From NCBI GenBank assembly GCA_040767085.1, contig JAXGPF010000003.1, forward strand, positions 224,001-288,000: a stretch of DNA of 64,000 nucleotides, given 5' to 3'. The first letter of the stretch is position 1. Each line of letters begins with the position of its first letter. The position numbers and the translations under genes are program-made. The DNA is from Kiritimatiellia bacterium (GTDB lineage Bacteria > Verrucomicrobiota > Kiritimatiellia > JAAZAB01). Below the pieces are notes generated by a model that saw nothing but the letters and a program-made list of their open reading frames with translations, ran no database searches and had not been told where the DNA came from. Shown here piece by piece: positions 40,120 through 49,827 of the stretch.

Positions 40120-41391
40120 TCATTGAGCGGATGCAGGTTCGAGCGCTGGTTCGGCTGTGCGCCGGCGGCATAAATTATCCCGGCGATACCGGGCGGGAGT
40201 AACGCCGGCCACTCGTTTAAACTGCTTGATGAAATAACTCTGATCGCAAAATCCCGTGGCATAGGCGATTTCCGGACAGGATTGATCGGTCTGTTCCAGT
40301 AATTGCATGGCCTGGCGCACCCGCCGCTGAGTCAAGTGCTGCAAAAAAGTCCGGCCGGTGCGTTGCTTCAGGAGGTGGCTGACATGGAACGCGCTCAAAC
40401 CCGCAGCCCGGGCGGCCTCTTCCAGGGACAAGTTGCGCTGGTAATGCCGGTTGATGTAATCCAGCACCCGCAGTAAGGCCGGATGACCGACCCCGCGGCT
40501 GCGGGAATAGATACCCTCCATAAACGCGTCCAAGGCCTGCATCAGGACATGCGCCAGGGTTTCAAAGTCGCGCGCGGCGATTAATTTGCGCATCCACTGG
40601 TGGTTTTGTTCCAGCAGCGGCTCCATCTGCGCGTTATCTTCCACCGCCGCCCGCGTCAGATATCCCATCATTTCAATGGCCCGCGCGCGCAGCACCACCA
40701 GCTTGGGCGAGGAAAGAAACATCACGCCCAGCGTCTCGTTCAACACCCGGCGCGCGCCGTTGCGGTCGCCGGCTTTAATCAACGACAGCAACAGGCGTTC
40801 CTTTTCCACCGGGTAATGCGCCGGCGCGTCCGCCCCGCGCTTGCGCTGCTCATCCATGGCCTCGGCAATCTGGCGCTGCTGCATGGCTTTCCGGCGATTC
40901 TCATCCAACAACTCCGGCTGCCAGCCGCTGATCTGGTAGAAGGCGGCCGAAAGCGCCCAGGCCGCCTCGCGAATGCGCGCCGCCGGCCAGGGCCGCAGCC
41001 GCGCCAGGTAACGCCGGGCAGCCTCCGCCGGCACGCCCTGGCGCCGCAGATCCCGCAACGCTTCCTCGTCCGCGCCGGCATACGCCAGCACTTCGCCGCC
41101 CACAATCCCGCCCGCCAGTTCCCGCCGGTTCACCAACCCCACAATCCAGCTGATAATGCCGCCCGTGCGGTAAAAGACGTACGGCTCGCCCCAATGCAGC
41201 GCTTCCTGGAGGCAACAGGCCAGGGCCTCATGATACGGCGGCAACCCCGGCAATTGCCCGGCCGACCGCCCCGGCAACAACGGCCGCCCATCCACACCCA
41301 CCGGCACGGCATGCAGCCGGAAGGTGCGATAATAATCCCGGCACACCGCCAGCAAAACGCGGCGCGCAGGACCAGGAACTGGTTTTTTCAC
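40120..41391 (-). CDS. PocR-sensor AraC-family regulator
   Basis: EALHWGEPYVF...GGIVGGEVL PocR-like domain; IAYATGFCDQSYFIKQFKRVAGVTPARYR. Confidence 0.85.
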   Translation of the reverse strand: MKKPVPGPARRVLLAVCRDYYRTFRLHAVPVGVDGRPLLPGRSAGQLPGLPPYHEALACCLQEALHWGEPYVFYRTGGIISWIVGLVNRRELAGGIVGGEVLAYAGADEEALRDLRRQGVPAEAARRYLARLRPWPAARIREAAWALSAAFYQISGWQPELLDENRRKAMQQRQIAEAMDEQRKRGADAPAHYPVEKERLLLSLIKAGDRNGARRVLNETLGVMFLSSPKLVVLRARAIEMMGYLTRAAVEDNAQMEPLLEQNHQWMRKLIAARDFETLAHVLMQALDAFMEGIYSRSRGVGHPALLRVLDYINRHYQRNLSLEEAARAAGLSAFHVSHLLKQRTGRTFLQHLTQRRVRQAMQLLEQTDQSCPEIAYATGFCDQSYFIKQFKRVAGVTPARYRRDNLCRRRTAEPALEPASAQ

Positions 41392-41617
41392 AATTCACCT
41401 CTGAAAACAGCAAGATTATTATAAAAAAAACTGTTTTTGTCTATACCTAAAACGCCGGATACGGTTTAATTCCGGCCAGTTTAAACGGTCGCCAGGTCAG
41501 CGGGCTGGGACACAACCGCCCGGTGAGGGCGGTGGGTTAACGCAGCATTATTATGCAGGATAAGCGCCGGCATGCGGCACACGGCTTAAACCAGCCGGCA
41601 AAAAGAAAGGACAGTCC

Positions 41618-42256
41618 ATGAGCGGAATCTTGGAACAAATCACGGAAAACCTGATCAAGGGCAAGGCCAATGATGTCAAGGCGCTGGTGCAAAAGGCGTT
41701 GGACGACAAAGTCAACCCCGCCGATATCTTGAACAAGGGTTTGCTGGCGGGCATGGGCGTGATTGGCGAGCGCTTTAAAAACAACGAAGTTTACGTGCCG
41801 GAAGTGTTGATCGCAGCGCGCGCGATGAAGGCGGGCATGGAAATTCTGAAACCCATGCTGGCGTCGGCGGGTGTTGAGCCGCTGGGGACGGTGGTCGTGG
41901 GCACGGTGAAGGGCGACCTGCACGACATCGGCAAGAACCTGGTTTGCATGATGCTGGAAGGCGCCGGGTTCCGCGTCGTGGACGCCGGCATTAACGTCGA
42001 GCCGGCCAAAATGGTCGAACTGGCCAAGGAAAACAAGGCCGCCGTCATCGGCGCTTCCGCGCTGCTGACCACCACGATGGTGAACATGAAAAACGTCGTG
42101 GAAAGCGTCAAGTCCGCCGGACTGGCCGGCAAGGTCAAGGTCATGATCGGCGGCGCGCCGGTGACCCAGGCGTTTGCCGATGAGATCGGAGCGGACGGCT
42201 ACGCTCCGGACGCCGCCTCGGCCGCCGATCTGGCCAAGGCGCTGCTCAAGAAATAA
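41618..42256 (+). CDS. Methyltransferase corrinoid (cobalamin-binding) protein
   Basis: YVPEVLIAARAM cap, GDLHDIGKNLV, SALLTTTM, IGGAPV. Confidence 0.95.
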   Translation: MSGILEQITENLIKGKANDVKALVQKALDDKVNPADILNKGLLAGMGVIGERFKNNEVYVPEVLIAARAMKAGMEILKPMLASAGVEPLGTVVVGTVKGDLHDIGKNLVCMMLEGAGFRVVDAGINVEPAKMVELAKENKAAVIGASALLTTTMVNMKNVVESVKSAGLAGKVKVMIGGAPVTQAFADEIGADGYAPDAASAADLAKALLKK

Positions 42257-42272
42257 CTCGCCGCATTACGAT

Positions 42273-42326
42273 AAAACACAGGGCGTCCCGGCAGCCGTTG
42301 ACGGCTGCCGGGCGCCCTGTTTTTTT
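42273..42326. terminator. Bidirectional intrinsic terminator
   Basis: Long GC stem ACAGGGCG..CCCGGCAGCCGT / ACGGCTGCCGGGCGCCCTGT with T tract, between convergent genes. Confidence 0.8.
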
Positions 42327-43683
42327 ACCGGACCTGGCCATCCGCCCAGACTGACTCGCCCCGCCGGCGCGCCCACGGAACGTAACACAGGGGATGATCG
42401 CTCCACAAGGGAGATTTGCCGACGGATGGATGCACTGCCGGCGGCGCATCGCATTCGAGCCTGATCACCGGGAACAACATGCGCTCCATTTGCGGCGGCA
42501 GCCCGTTGATCGTCAATTCCCAATCATTCTGGTTGACGGATAACGGGCAGTCCGATCCCAGCAGCGCGGCCCGCCGTACCCGGGTTTGCAGCCATGGCAG
42601 GCGCAGCGACGGCCGCCGGTCCCAGAAACGCATAATCAAGTAGAGATTGTTGCCGCGGCAGGACAGGCGTCCCAGCGTGACGGCGTCCGGCAAATCCCGA
42701 GCTTCCGCGCCGTAAACCGCCTCGCCGTTCACGCGCAGCCAATCGCCAATCACCCGGGCGCGCTCGGCGAACTCCGGAGGCATTACCCCGTCCGCATCCG
42801 GCCCGACGTTCAGCAGCAGATTCCCTCCCTTGCTGGCGGCTTCCACCAGCATGTCGAGCAGCAAGTCCGCCGGACGCCAATGTTCGCCGATGGCATGCCC
42901 CCAGAGCCGCCAGGTGCTGACCTGGCAGGACTCCCACAAGCGATCCGGATCGGCGGCGAGGCTATGTTCCGGCGTGCCGAAATCGCCGAGTTCCTGGGAA
43001 TGACCGGCGTCTTCCAGCATGTTCTTGTAGGGACCAGGCACGGTAGCCTTGACCGCGGGCTTACCGAGCCGGTTGTTGATCAGGATTTCCGGCTGCAACC
43101 CGCGCATCATCCGCACCAATTCCTCCGAACGCCAATCCTCGCGCGTGCGCGGCCAGGAACCATCGAACCAGATCACATCGATTTTGCCGTAATTGGTCAG
43201 CAACTCGCGCACCTGGCCGTGCACGTATTCGCGGAAAGCTCGCCAGCCGGCCGGGTTGATGTCCGGCCCTTCCAGGTAAGCGGGCACGCGAAAATCGGCC
43301 AGCGAATAATAAAGGCCCACCCGCAGGCCGGCGGCGCGGAAGGCCTCAACATACTCGGCCACGAAATCGCGTTGAGCCGCCTGCGCCGCGCTGGTGTAAT
43401 CCGTCAGCCGCGAATTCCACAGGCAATATCCGTCATGGTGGCGAGTGGTGAAGACCGCGTACCGGAATCCGCCGGCACGGGCAATTTCCGCCCACTGCCG
43501 GGCATCGAACTTCAGCGGCCGCCAACGGCAGGCAGCCGCGGCATATTCCCGCTGGTCCAGCCACTCGCGGATCAGGACCTGCTCGCCCCGCCCCGCCTGC
43601 GCATACGGCCCCCAGTGAATGAACATCCCGAAGCGCGCTTCGGGAAACCAAGACCATTTTTCCGGCAGAGTAGTATCTTGCAT
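42325..43683 (-). CDS. Alpha-L-fucosidase family GH29
   Basis: RFGMFIHWG, RHHDGYCLW, IWFDG nucleophile, LINNR, LLLNVGP. Confidence 0.9.
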   Translation of the reverse strand: MQDTTLPEKWSWFPEARFGMFIHWGPYAQAGRGEQVLIREWLDQREYAAAACRWRPLKFDARQWAEIARAGGFRYAVFTTRHHDGYCLWNSRLTDYTSAAQAAQRDFVAEYVEAFRAAGLRVGLYYSLADFRVPAYLEGPDINPAGWRAFREYVHGQVRELLTNYGKIDVIWFDGSWPRTREDWRSEELVRMMRGLQPEILINNRLGKPAVKATVPGPYKNMLEDAGHSQELGDFGTPEHSLAADPDRLWESCQVSTWRLWGHAIGEHWRPADLLLDMLVEAASKGGNLLLNVGPDADGVMPPEFAERARVIGDWLRVNGEAVYGAEARDLPDAVTLGRLSCRGNNLYLIMRFWDRRPSLRLPWLQTRVRRAALLGSDCPLSVNQNDWELTINGLPPQMERMLFPVIRLECDAPPAVHPSVGKSPLWSDHPLCYVPWARRRGESVWADGQVR

Positions 43684-43743
43684 GATTTTAGTTCCGCAGG
43701 TTATAATTTGGCCCAGCGCCTGACAGGCGTGCGCGCGGCCGGT

Positions 43744-44826
43744 TCAGTACCGCGCCAGTTCCAGCCCGCGATCGCGGAAATAGACAAACGATTCGTAATC
43801 GACTTCCGGCGGGGTCGAGTGGTCGGTAGACAGGATATAGGGCGTCCGGGTGGCGATCAACGGCAAAATCTTTTTGCGCAGTTCGGCGTCAATCCGCGCC
43901 CGGTCATTGGAGATCAGTTCGCGGATGTCAATATTGCCCATGAACCCGAGGCGGGCGCCGTAAAGCTTGTTCAACCGCACCATGTCCATGCCGGCCTTGA
44001 CCTCCATCGCCTGCAGCATGTCAATGCCGGCTTCGATCATCCCCGGCACAAGCGGCTCAACAAAACCGCAGGAATGCATGATCACCTTCATCCCGCGCGC
44101 ATGCGCCCAATCAATAGTGCGTTTATGCGCGGGCATGATCAGTTCGCGGTACATCGCCGGCGACATGAACGGTTTTTCCTTGAAGCCCATGTCTTCCCAG
44201 AACCAGATGCCGTCCGGCAAGCCCTCCGCGTTAAACAGCATCTCCCAGAGGTTAATGGTCAAGTCGGCATAAACGGAAGCCATTTCCAGAATCCATTCCG
44301 GATCGAGCGCCATGCCGACCAGGAGGTGTTCATGGCCGCAGACCGGATGGAGTTGCTCAAAAACATTCGTGCCGGCCCACATGAAAAAGCGGTTTTTATC
44401 AGCCGCGGCCTGGCGGGTCAGGCGGTAGGCCTCAAAATTTATCCGGCGGCGGTCGGGCTTCAAATGCGGCTTAATGTGCCGCTCCCACCCGGCGCGATCC
44501 TGCACCAGGAAGTCCACATGCTCCGGCGTGCCGGACTTGGCCTTCCACTGGCGCAAGACCGCGCCATTGCCGTTGCGCACCAGCTTGGTTTCCCCATCCT
44601 CCTCCAAAATCGTTTCGGGAATGTCAAGATTGGCGATCATGTTAAAACCGCCGGCCCGGACGATATCCATATTGAAAAACTCGTTTAATCCCTTGGGCGG
44701 AAGATGCCCCTCGTCCAACCAGCGCCGCGTGGTTTCGCCCCAGAAGGACTCGCAGAAGCCGGCGCGGTCCGCCGGCCGCCGTTCCAGCAAATTGCCGATA
44801 CGTTCCCGTGAAGTCATTGCAGGCAT
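43744..44826 (-). CDS. UroD/MtaA-CmuA superfamily protein
   Basis: MTSRERI, WEDMG..FMSPAMYRE, HSCG, MGNID, STDHS; AGGAGG RBS. Confidence 0.85.
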   Translation of the reverse strand: MPAMTSRERIGNLLERRPADRAGFCESFWGETTRRWLDEGHLPPKGLNEFFNMDIVRAGGFNMIANLDIPETILEEDGETKLVRNGNGAVLRQWKAKSGTPEHVDFLVQDRAGWERHIKPHLKPDRRRINFEAYRLTRQAAADKNRFFMWAGTNVFEQLHPVCGHEHLLVGMALDPEWILEMASVYADLTINLWEMLFNAEGLPDGIWFWEDMGFKEKPFMSPAMYRELIMPAHKRTIDWAHARGMKVIMHSCGFVEPLVPGMIEAGIDMLQAMEVKAGMDMVRLNKLYGARLGFMGNIDIRELISNDRARIDAELRKKILPLIATRTPYILSTDHSTPPEVDYESFVYFRDRGLELARY

Positions 44827-44872
44827 GAACTGGTCCTCCTTATTAGACAAAACTCGCTCAGGCATTTTAAAC

Positions 44873-45880
44873 CTAGGCATGGATTTCCGCCACCGTAAAG
44901 CCGGCCGCCGCCAGCATGGCCAGGTCGGCGGAGTGACCCTGCCCGGCCGTCGTCAGGTAGCCGTTGGTGAAGATCGAATTGGCGGCGTACAGTCCCAGCG
45001 GCTGCAGCGGCCCCAGGACCGCCTCGCGCCCGCCGGCGATCCGGATTTCGCGGTCCGGCAGAACGAACCGGAACATCGCCAGGACCCGCAGTCCCTCCAT
45101 GGGAGACAGGCGCGGCCGGCCAGCCAGCCGGGTACCGGCGCGCGGGTCGAGCAGGTTGACGGGCACGGAATCGGCGTCAATCTCCCGCAGCGCGAATGCC
45201 AGATCGACGCGGTCTTCCGGCGTTTCACCCATGCCCAGCAGTCCGCCGCTGCATAATTCCAGCCCGGCGCGCTTGGCGGCCCGGGCGGACGCCACGCGTT
45301 CGTCGTAGGAATGCGTGCCGCAGATTTCCGGGTAAAACCGGCGGGATGTTTCCAGGTTATGATTGTAACGATCCACGCCCGCCGTTTTCAGCCGCCGGCC
45401 CTGGGCGTCATCCAGCAATCCCATCGAAGCGCAAACCTGCAAATGAGGATGGCGGCGCTTGATCAACCGGGCGGCATCGCAGATGTTCCGCAGGGCTGCT
45501 TCGTCCGGACTGCGGCCGCTGATGACGATGCAATAACGCACCGCATGGACCTGCACGGCGTCTTCCGCGCCGGCGGCGATTTCATCCGCCGTCTGCAAAG
45601 GATATTGCGGCGCGGCGGATTGCGCCGCCGCGCTCTGGCTGCAATAGGCGCAATCCTCAGAACATAATCCGCTCTTGGCGTTGTGCAGCAGGTGCAGGCG
45701 GACACCCCGTCCGAAATACTTTTTCCGGATGGCGAAAGCGGCCGACAGCAAGTCCAAAAGGCCGTCATCCGGAGTTTCCATGATGGATAAAGCCGCGGCG
45801 CGGTCCACGGACTCGCCCGCCAGCACGCGCGCGCTTAAAGCGCGCCAATCTGATTGCGGTTTTGCGTTTGTAGTTGGCAT
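44873..45880 (-). CDS. bioB: Biotin synthase
   Basis: CSEDCAYCSQS radical SAM motif, YNHNLETS, LCSGG, SVPVN, RIAGGRE. Confidence 0.95.
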   Translation of the reverse strand: MPTTNAKPQSDWRALSARVLAGESVDRAAALSIMETPDDGLLDLLSAAFAIRKKYFGRGVRLHLLHNAKSGLCSEDCAYCSQSAAAQSAAPQYPLQTADEIAAGAEDAVQVHAVRYCIVISGRSPDEAALRNICDAARLIKRRHPHLQVCASMGLLDDAQGRRLKTAGVDRYNHNLETSRRFYPEICGTHSYDERVASARAAKRAGLELCSGGLLGMGETPEDRVDLAFALREIDADSVPVNLLDPRAGTRLAGRPRLSPMEGLRVLAMFRFVLPDREIRIAGGREAVLGPLQPLGLYAANSIFTNGYLTTAGQGHSADLAMLAAAGFTVAEIHA

Positions 45881-46130
45881 GCGGATGGGGATACCCGGTT
45901 TAACGCCATATGTCAAGGTGGATTTTGCCCCGTTCCGTCCGCGCGGAAGTGGTGTGCGGCAAAACTTTCCCGGAGAATTACCAGGCGGAAATGCTGGCGC
46001 CGGACCTGGCGCTGCCGTAGAACCGCCTGGGCGCCTTGTTCAACACCGCCCAGCGCCGCCAGGATGTGAGCCCCTCAGGCCGGGGCCGTGGCGGCGCCGG
46101 CGTCGGCCATGCCTGATGCAGCATCACCCC

Positions 46131-46272
46131 TCATATCCACCAGACAAAGATGCCGGCGGGTACTATGGCCGCCACCGTAAAAGGAACACCTATCTCCATA
46201 AACTCGCGGAACCTTACCGTGTGCCCTATACGCCGCGACAAAAATCAGCAGACTAATCCAGGCATGATTCAC
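46131..46272 (-). pseudogene. ArsB/NhaD/SLC13-type permease reduced to its two termini
   Basis: MNHAWISLLIFVAAY joined out of frame to GHTVRFREFMEIGVPFTVAAIVPAGIFVWWI*. Confidence 0.6.
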
Positions 46273-46284
46273 TGGACACGCCTC

Positions 46285-46926
46285 TTATGCGGCGCGAATC
46301 CATTCAATCATTCTCTGGAGGACGGCAATCCCGCCCAGCAGGAGAAAGGCGAAATAGAGTGTTGTCAAAACAAGAGTCGTGTATCCAAGGAGGACGGACC
46401 GGCCGTCTCGCTGGAGCACTCCGATCGCCAGGAAGAGAATGGCCAATCCCGGCAGCGTATTTGAGAATGGGATCAGCCCGAAAGGAGCCATAAGCAGCAT
46501 CGCACCTACGATCAGCATCAGCCCGTTGATCCGCGCCATTCCAATTCCGTGTGTTAAAAAGGGAATCGAAGGCCGGCTGATTCGCCCCAGACGGTGAATC
46601 CAAACGGCGCCCTTCTCCAACGCCAAACGCAGCCTGTGGGCTGGAAACTTTTTCTGCATCAGACGATCCGGCAGCCAGGGGGGATGATGGGTCATGATTC
46701 CGACGCCAACCAGTCCGATGACCAATCCGAACACGGTGCTAACTCCCGGGATAGATACCGGCACCATGAAAGGCAGCGTAAGGAAGATGCAGAAAGCCAA
46801 CATTCCTTCGCGGCCGATAAGATTGAGGATTTCCCGCAAAGTCACCATTTCACCCGCAAGGTTATTGAGCACATACTCAACTCTCGCGGCCAATGTCATT
46901 TCTGCCTGATCACATTCTGAATCCAT
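46285..46926 (-). CDS. exoD: ExoD-family membrane protein
   Basis: LPFMVPVSIPGVSTVFG, PWLP, IPFSNTLPG, QRDG; AGGAG RBS. Confidence 0.88.
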   Translation of the reverse strand: MDSECDQAEMTLAARVEYVLNNLAGEMVTLREILNLIGREGMLAFCIFLTLPFMVPVSIPGVSTVFGLVIGLVGVGIMTHHPPWLPDRLMQKKFPAHRLRLALEKGAVWIHRLGRISRPSIPFLTHGIGMARINGLMLIVGAMLLMAPFGLIPFSNTLPGLAILFLAIGVLQRDGRSVLLGYTTLVLTTLYFAFLLLGGIAVLQRMIEWIRAA

Positions 46927-46984
46927 CTATCTCCTTTCTTCCGATCAAGACTGGCGTTGCACGCTGCCGCGGCCGCAAAGTCAC

Positions 46985-47126
46985 TGGATAAGGCCGCGGC
47001 GCGGCCAATGGACTCTCCCGCCGGCGCGCGCGCTTAACGCGCGCCAACCAGATTGCGGTCTTGCGGTTGCAATTGGCATGCGGATGGGGATACCCGGTTT
47101 TGCATAAGATGTCAAGGTGGTTTTTG
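46985..47126 (-). pseudogene. Diverged duplicate of the bioB promoter and first ~32 codons
   Basis: Aligns with 45784-45927, with a 2-bp deletion; TTGACA-17-TATCCC retained. Confidence 0.85.
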
Positions 47127-47176
47127 CGCGCACCGCGACAGTTGGATTTTACCGCGTTCCGCCCCCGCGGACGGAA

Positions 47177-47328
47177 TGTGTCATTCTCGGCGGCTCGCTC
47201 CCGCTCCAGGCGGGACAAGCCGGAGGTTTACCCCGCTTTGAGCGGGTTCTCGCCCTACCTACGACAAATGCTTGTAAAACGGTAGGGCGAGGTCTCCGTA
47301 CCGAGCCGTCTGCTCTGAGAATGACGCA
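47177..47328. repeat. 152-bp REPIN/MITE-like repeat, copy 2
   Basis: Colinear with 37423-37574. Confidence 0.85.
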
Positions 47329-47362
47329 GCCCTGCCCGCTGGATCAGCCGCCTGTCGCAATC

Positions 47363-47390
47363 TTGACATCCATCCACCGGCATTTATAAT
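47363..47390 (+). promoter_or_regulatory. Consensus sigma70 promoter of the antiporter
   Basis: TTGACA-16-TATAAT. Confidence 0.75.
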
Positions 47391-47433
47391 GTTGCCGCTG
47401 ATTTAGCAAAACCGGGCAAGGTGATGGTTTTTC

Positions 47434-49704
47434 ATGGGCATTGAATTCATTCAGGATTTTACCGTGGTCCTGCTGGTGGCGGGCATCGCCGGCGCCATTT
47501 GCCGGCGCCTGGGCGCTTCGGCCACCATCGGCTACCTGCTGGCCGGGATGGTGGTCGGCCCTTACATCCCGCCGGTGGATCTGGTGTCGAACCTGGATAG
47601 CATTAAAACCCTCTCGGAACTGGGCTTGATTTTCCTGATGTTTTCCACCGGGCTGGGCTTGAGTTTCCGCAAGCTGAGCCGTCTGGGGCTGGCCTTGTTC
47701 GCCGCGGTGCTTTGCAGCACCTTTGTGATCATCACCATCATGCGGATGGGCGGGGCGATATTGCACACCTCCACCTTGACCGCCTTGTTCATCGCCGGCA
47801 TGCTTTCCAGTTCGAGTTCGGCGATCATCAGCCGCATTCTGCACGAAGGCGGCTTCATCCACCGGCATGCGGGACAGTTGGCCATGACGATTACCCTGCT
47901 GGAAGACCTGGCGGCATTGATCCTCTTCAGCGTCGTCGGCTCCTATGCCGCGGCGTCCCAAGCGCCGCTGGTGCATCAGACGGGGGCATTCTTCGCGTTT
48001 CTGGCCCTGGTGCTCACCCTGGCGTTATTATGGGTGCCCCGTTTCCTGGCGGCCATCCAGCGCCGGCTGCAGGAAGAATTGCGGACGCTGCTGGTGGCCG
48101 GCACACTGTGCCTGCTGGCGGTGCTGGCCACTCGCGCGGGTTATTCTCCGGCCCTGGGCGCCTTTCTGCTGGGAGTAATCATCGCCGGCACACCGCAGCG
48201 CGCGGGCATCGAGCGCACCTTTACCGGCCTGCGCGACATCTTCTCCGCCGTATTCTTCGTCTCCATCGGCATGCTGATAGATGTCCATGTATTTCTCAAT
48301 CCCTGGCTGATCCTGTGGCTGGCGGTGTTGGCCGCCGGCGCAATCGCCGTGCGCCTGACCGCCGCCACCACCGGCATGTTGCTGGCCGGGTACAAAGGCC
48401 GGGATGTTTTCCCCGCCGCACTGACCTTGACGGTGACCGGGGAATTTTCCTTCATCTTTGCCCAATTGGGCGTCAGCCGCGGCGTGCTGCCTGAATCCGC
48501 CCAGGCGCTGGCGGTGGGGGTGTGCGTGGTGACGGCCGCTTTTGCTTCATTCGCCGTGCCGCGCAGCGAGCGCGTCACGGCCTTCCTGACCGCGCACCAG
48601 CCCCGCTTGCTGGCGCGGGCGATCAATGGCTGGCAAAACTTGCTGGCCGCCCTGGGGCGGCGCGGCCAGGCCAGCACGCTCTGGCGCTTCGCCCGCAAGC
48701 GCGTCTGGCAGATCGGCGTGGAAATCCTGTTTGTGACCGGCTTGCTCATCTTTGCCGAGCCCTTATGCGAAAAGATTTTCGCCCGGCTGGGGCCTGGCAC
48801 GGCGCCCGGCGCCAAAATCACCTTGGTCTTCTGGTCGGCTTTCGGCCTCCTGCTGCTGGCCCCGCTGATCGCCATCTGGCGCAACATCGGCGCCCTGGCG
48901 ATGTTTTACGCCCAGGCAGCCACCCTGGAGGAATCGCGGCAAAGTTACCGCTCGGCCCTGCTGGAAAACCTGATCAAATTGATCGCGGCGGTGGTCCTGG
49001 CCGGCTGGCTGTGGCTTTTCTGGCCGGTGCATTTCGCCTCCCTCTGGATTCCGGTGATCCTGGCGGGCGGGCTGGCGGTCATGGCCATCCTCTTCTGGCG
49101 CAAGATGATTTTCTGGCATAGCGTGATGGAAGGCCGCCTCTACCGCGCGCTCCAGGGCGGCGAGCATAAGCACGCCCAGGCCTGGCGCGACAAGACGGCG
49201 GAGTGGAACGTCACCATCGGCGAATGCGAGCTGGCCGATTACAGCCCGCACGGCGGGCGTTCCATCGCCGACCTGAACTTGCGCGCGCGGTTCCGCTGCA
49301 CGATCATCGCCATCGAACGCCAGGGATACCTGATCATGAACCCGGCGGCAACGGTGGTGATTTACCCGCAGGATAAGCTGCTGCTGCTGGGCGCGGCGGA
49401 GCAACTCGCCGCGGCGCGGGAATGGCTGTCCGGCGGAGCGCCCCTGCCGCCGGATGACGCCGACCTGGATGACATTCATTTCGAGACCATCGGCGTGCCG
49501 CCTGACAGCCCGCACCTGGGTCAGACGCTCATGCACCTGGGGATTGCCGGCCAGCTCGGCGTGCAGATCACCGGCATCCGGCGCGCCGGCACGGAGCACA
49601 TCAACCCGCCGGCCGCGGAAACCCTGCAAGCCGGCGACGAGGTGCTGGCCCTGGGACTGCCCCGGCAAATCCGCGCCTTCCGCGAGTGGCTGGCAGGGGG
49701 TTGA
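47434..49704 (+). CDS. CPA2 cation:proton antiporter with two TrkA-C domains
   Basis: GYLLAGMVVGP, SSSAII, LLEDL, LGAFLLG, FFVSIGM, GEFSF; two RCK-C repeats. Confidence 0.92.
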   Translation: MGIEFIQDFTVVLLVAGIAGAICRRLGASATIGYLLAGMVVGPYIPPVDLVSNLDSIKTLSELGLIFLMFSTGLGLSFRKLSRLGLALFAAVLCSTFVIITIMRMGGAILHTSTLTALFIAGMLSSSSSAIISRILHEGGFIHRHAGQLAMTITLLEDLAALILFSVVGSYAAASQAPLVHQTGAFFAFLALVLTLALLWVPRFLAAIQRRLQEELRTLLVAGTLCLLAVLATRAGYSPALGAFLLGVIIAGTPQRAGIERTFTGLRDIFSAVFFVSIGMLIDVHVFLNPWLILWLAVLAAGAIAVRLTAATTGMLLAGYKGRDVFPAALTLTVTGEFSFIFAQLGVSRGVLPESAQALAVGVCVVTAAFASFAVPRSERVTAFLTAHQPRLLARAINGWQNLLAALGRRGQASTLWRFARKRVWQIGVEILFVTGLLIFAEPLCEKIFARLGPGTAPGAKITLVFWSAFGLLLLAPLIAIWRNIGALAMFYAQAATLEESRQSYRSALLENLIKLIAAVVLAGWLWLFWPVHFASLWIPVILAGGLAVMAILFWRKMIFWHSVMEGRLYRALQGGEHKHAQAWRDKTAEWNVTIGECELADYSPHGGRSIADLNLRARFRCTIIAIERQGYLIMNPAATVVIYPQDKLLLLGAAEQLAAAREWLSGGAPLPPDDADLDDIHFETIGVPPDSPHLGQTLMHLGIAGQLGVQITGIRRAGTEHINPPAAETLQAGDEVLALGLPRQIRAFREWLAGG

Positions 49705-49813
49705 ATATGGATTGGTATCCGAACGAACACCCCGCCGACCGGCAGCAGATTCACCACGGAGCGTTCCTCCGCGGTAAAATCCCCATTCGACCCACATTTT
49801 CTGGCGAGGAACC
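49705..49813. repeat. Internally deleted copy of the 55889-56205 element
   Basis: Shares GTATCCGAACGAACAC...CAGCAGATTCACCACGGAG and CATTTTCTGGCGAGGAACC ends in opposite orientation. Confidence 0.8.
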
Positions 49814-49827
49814 GTTTTTGCGAGCTT

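Noticed and set aside
40074-40262. 875-aa version of the hypothetical protein
   Set aside because: It overlaps the regulator's HTH; the signal peptide supports ATG 40073.
41460-41617. Cobalamin or ZTP riboswitch upstream of the corrinoid gene
   Set aside because: Only an ACCGCCC/GGGCGGT hairpin is seen and the conserved cores are missing; a cmscan against Rfam would settle it.
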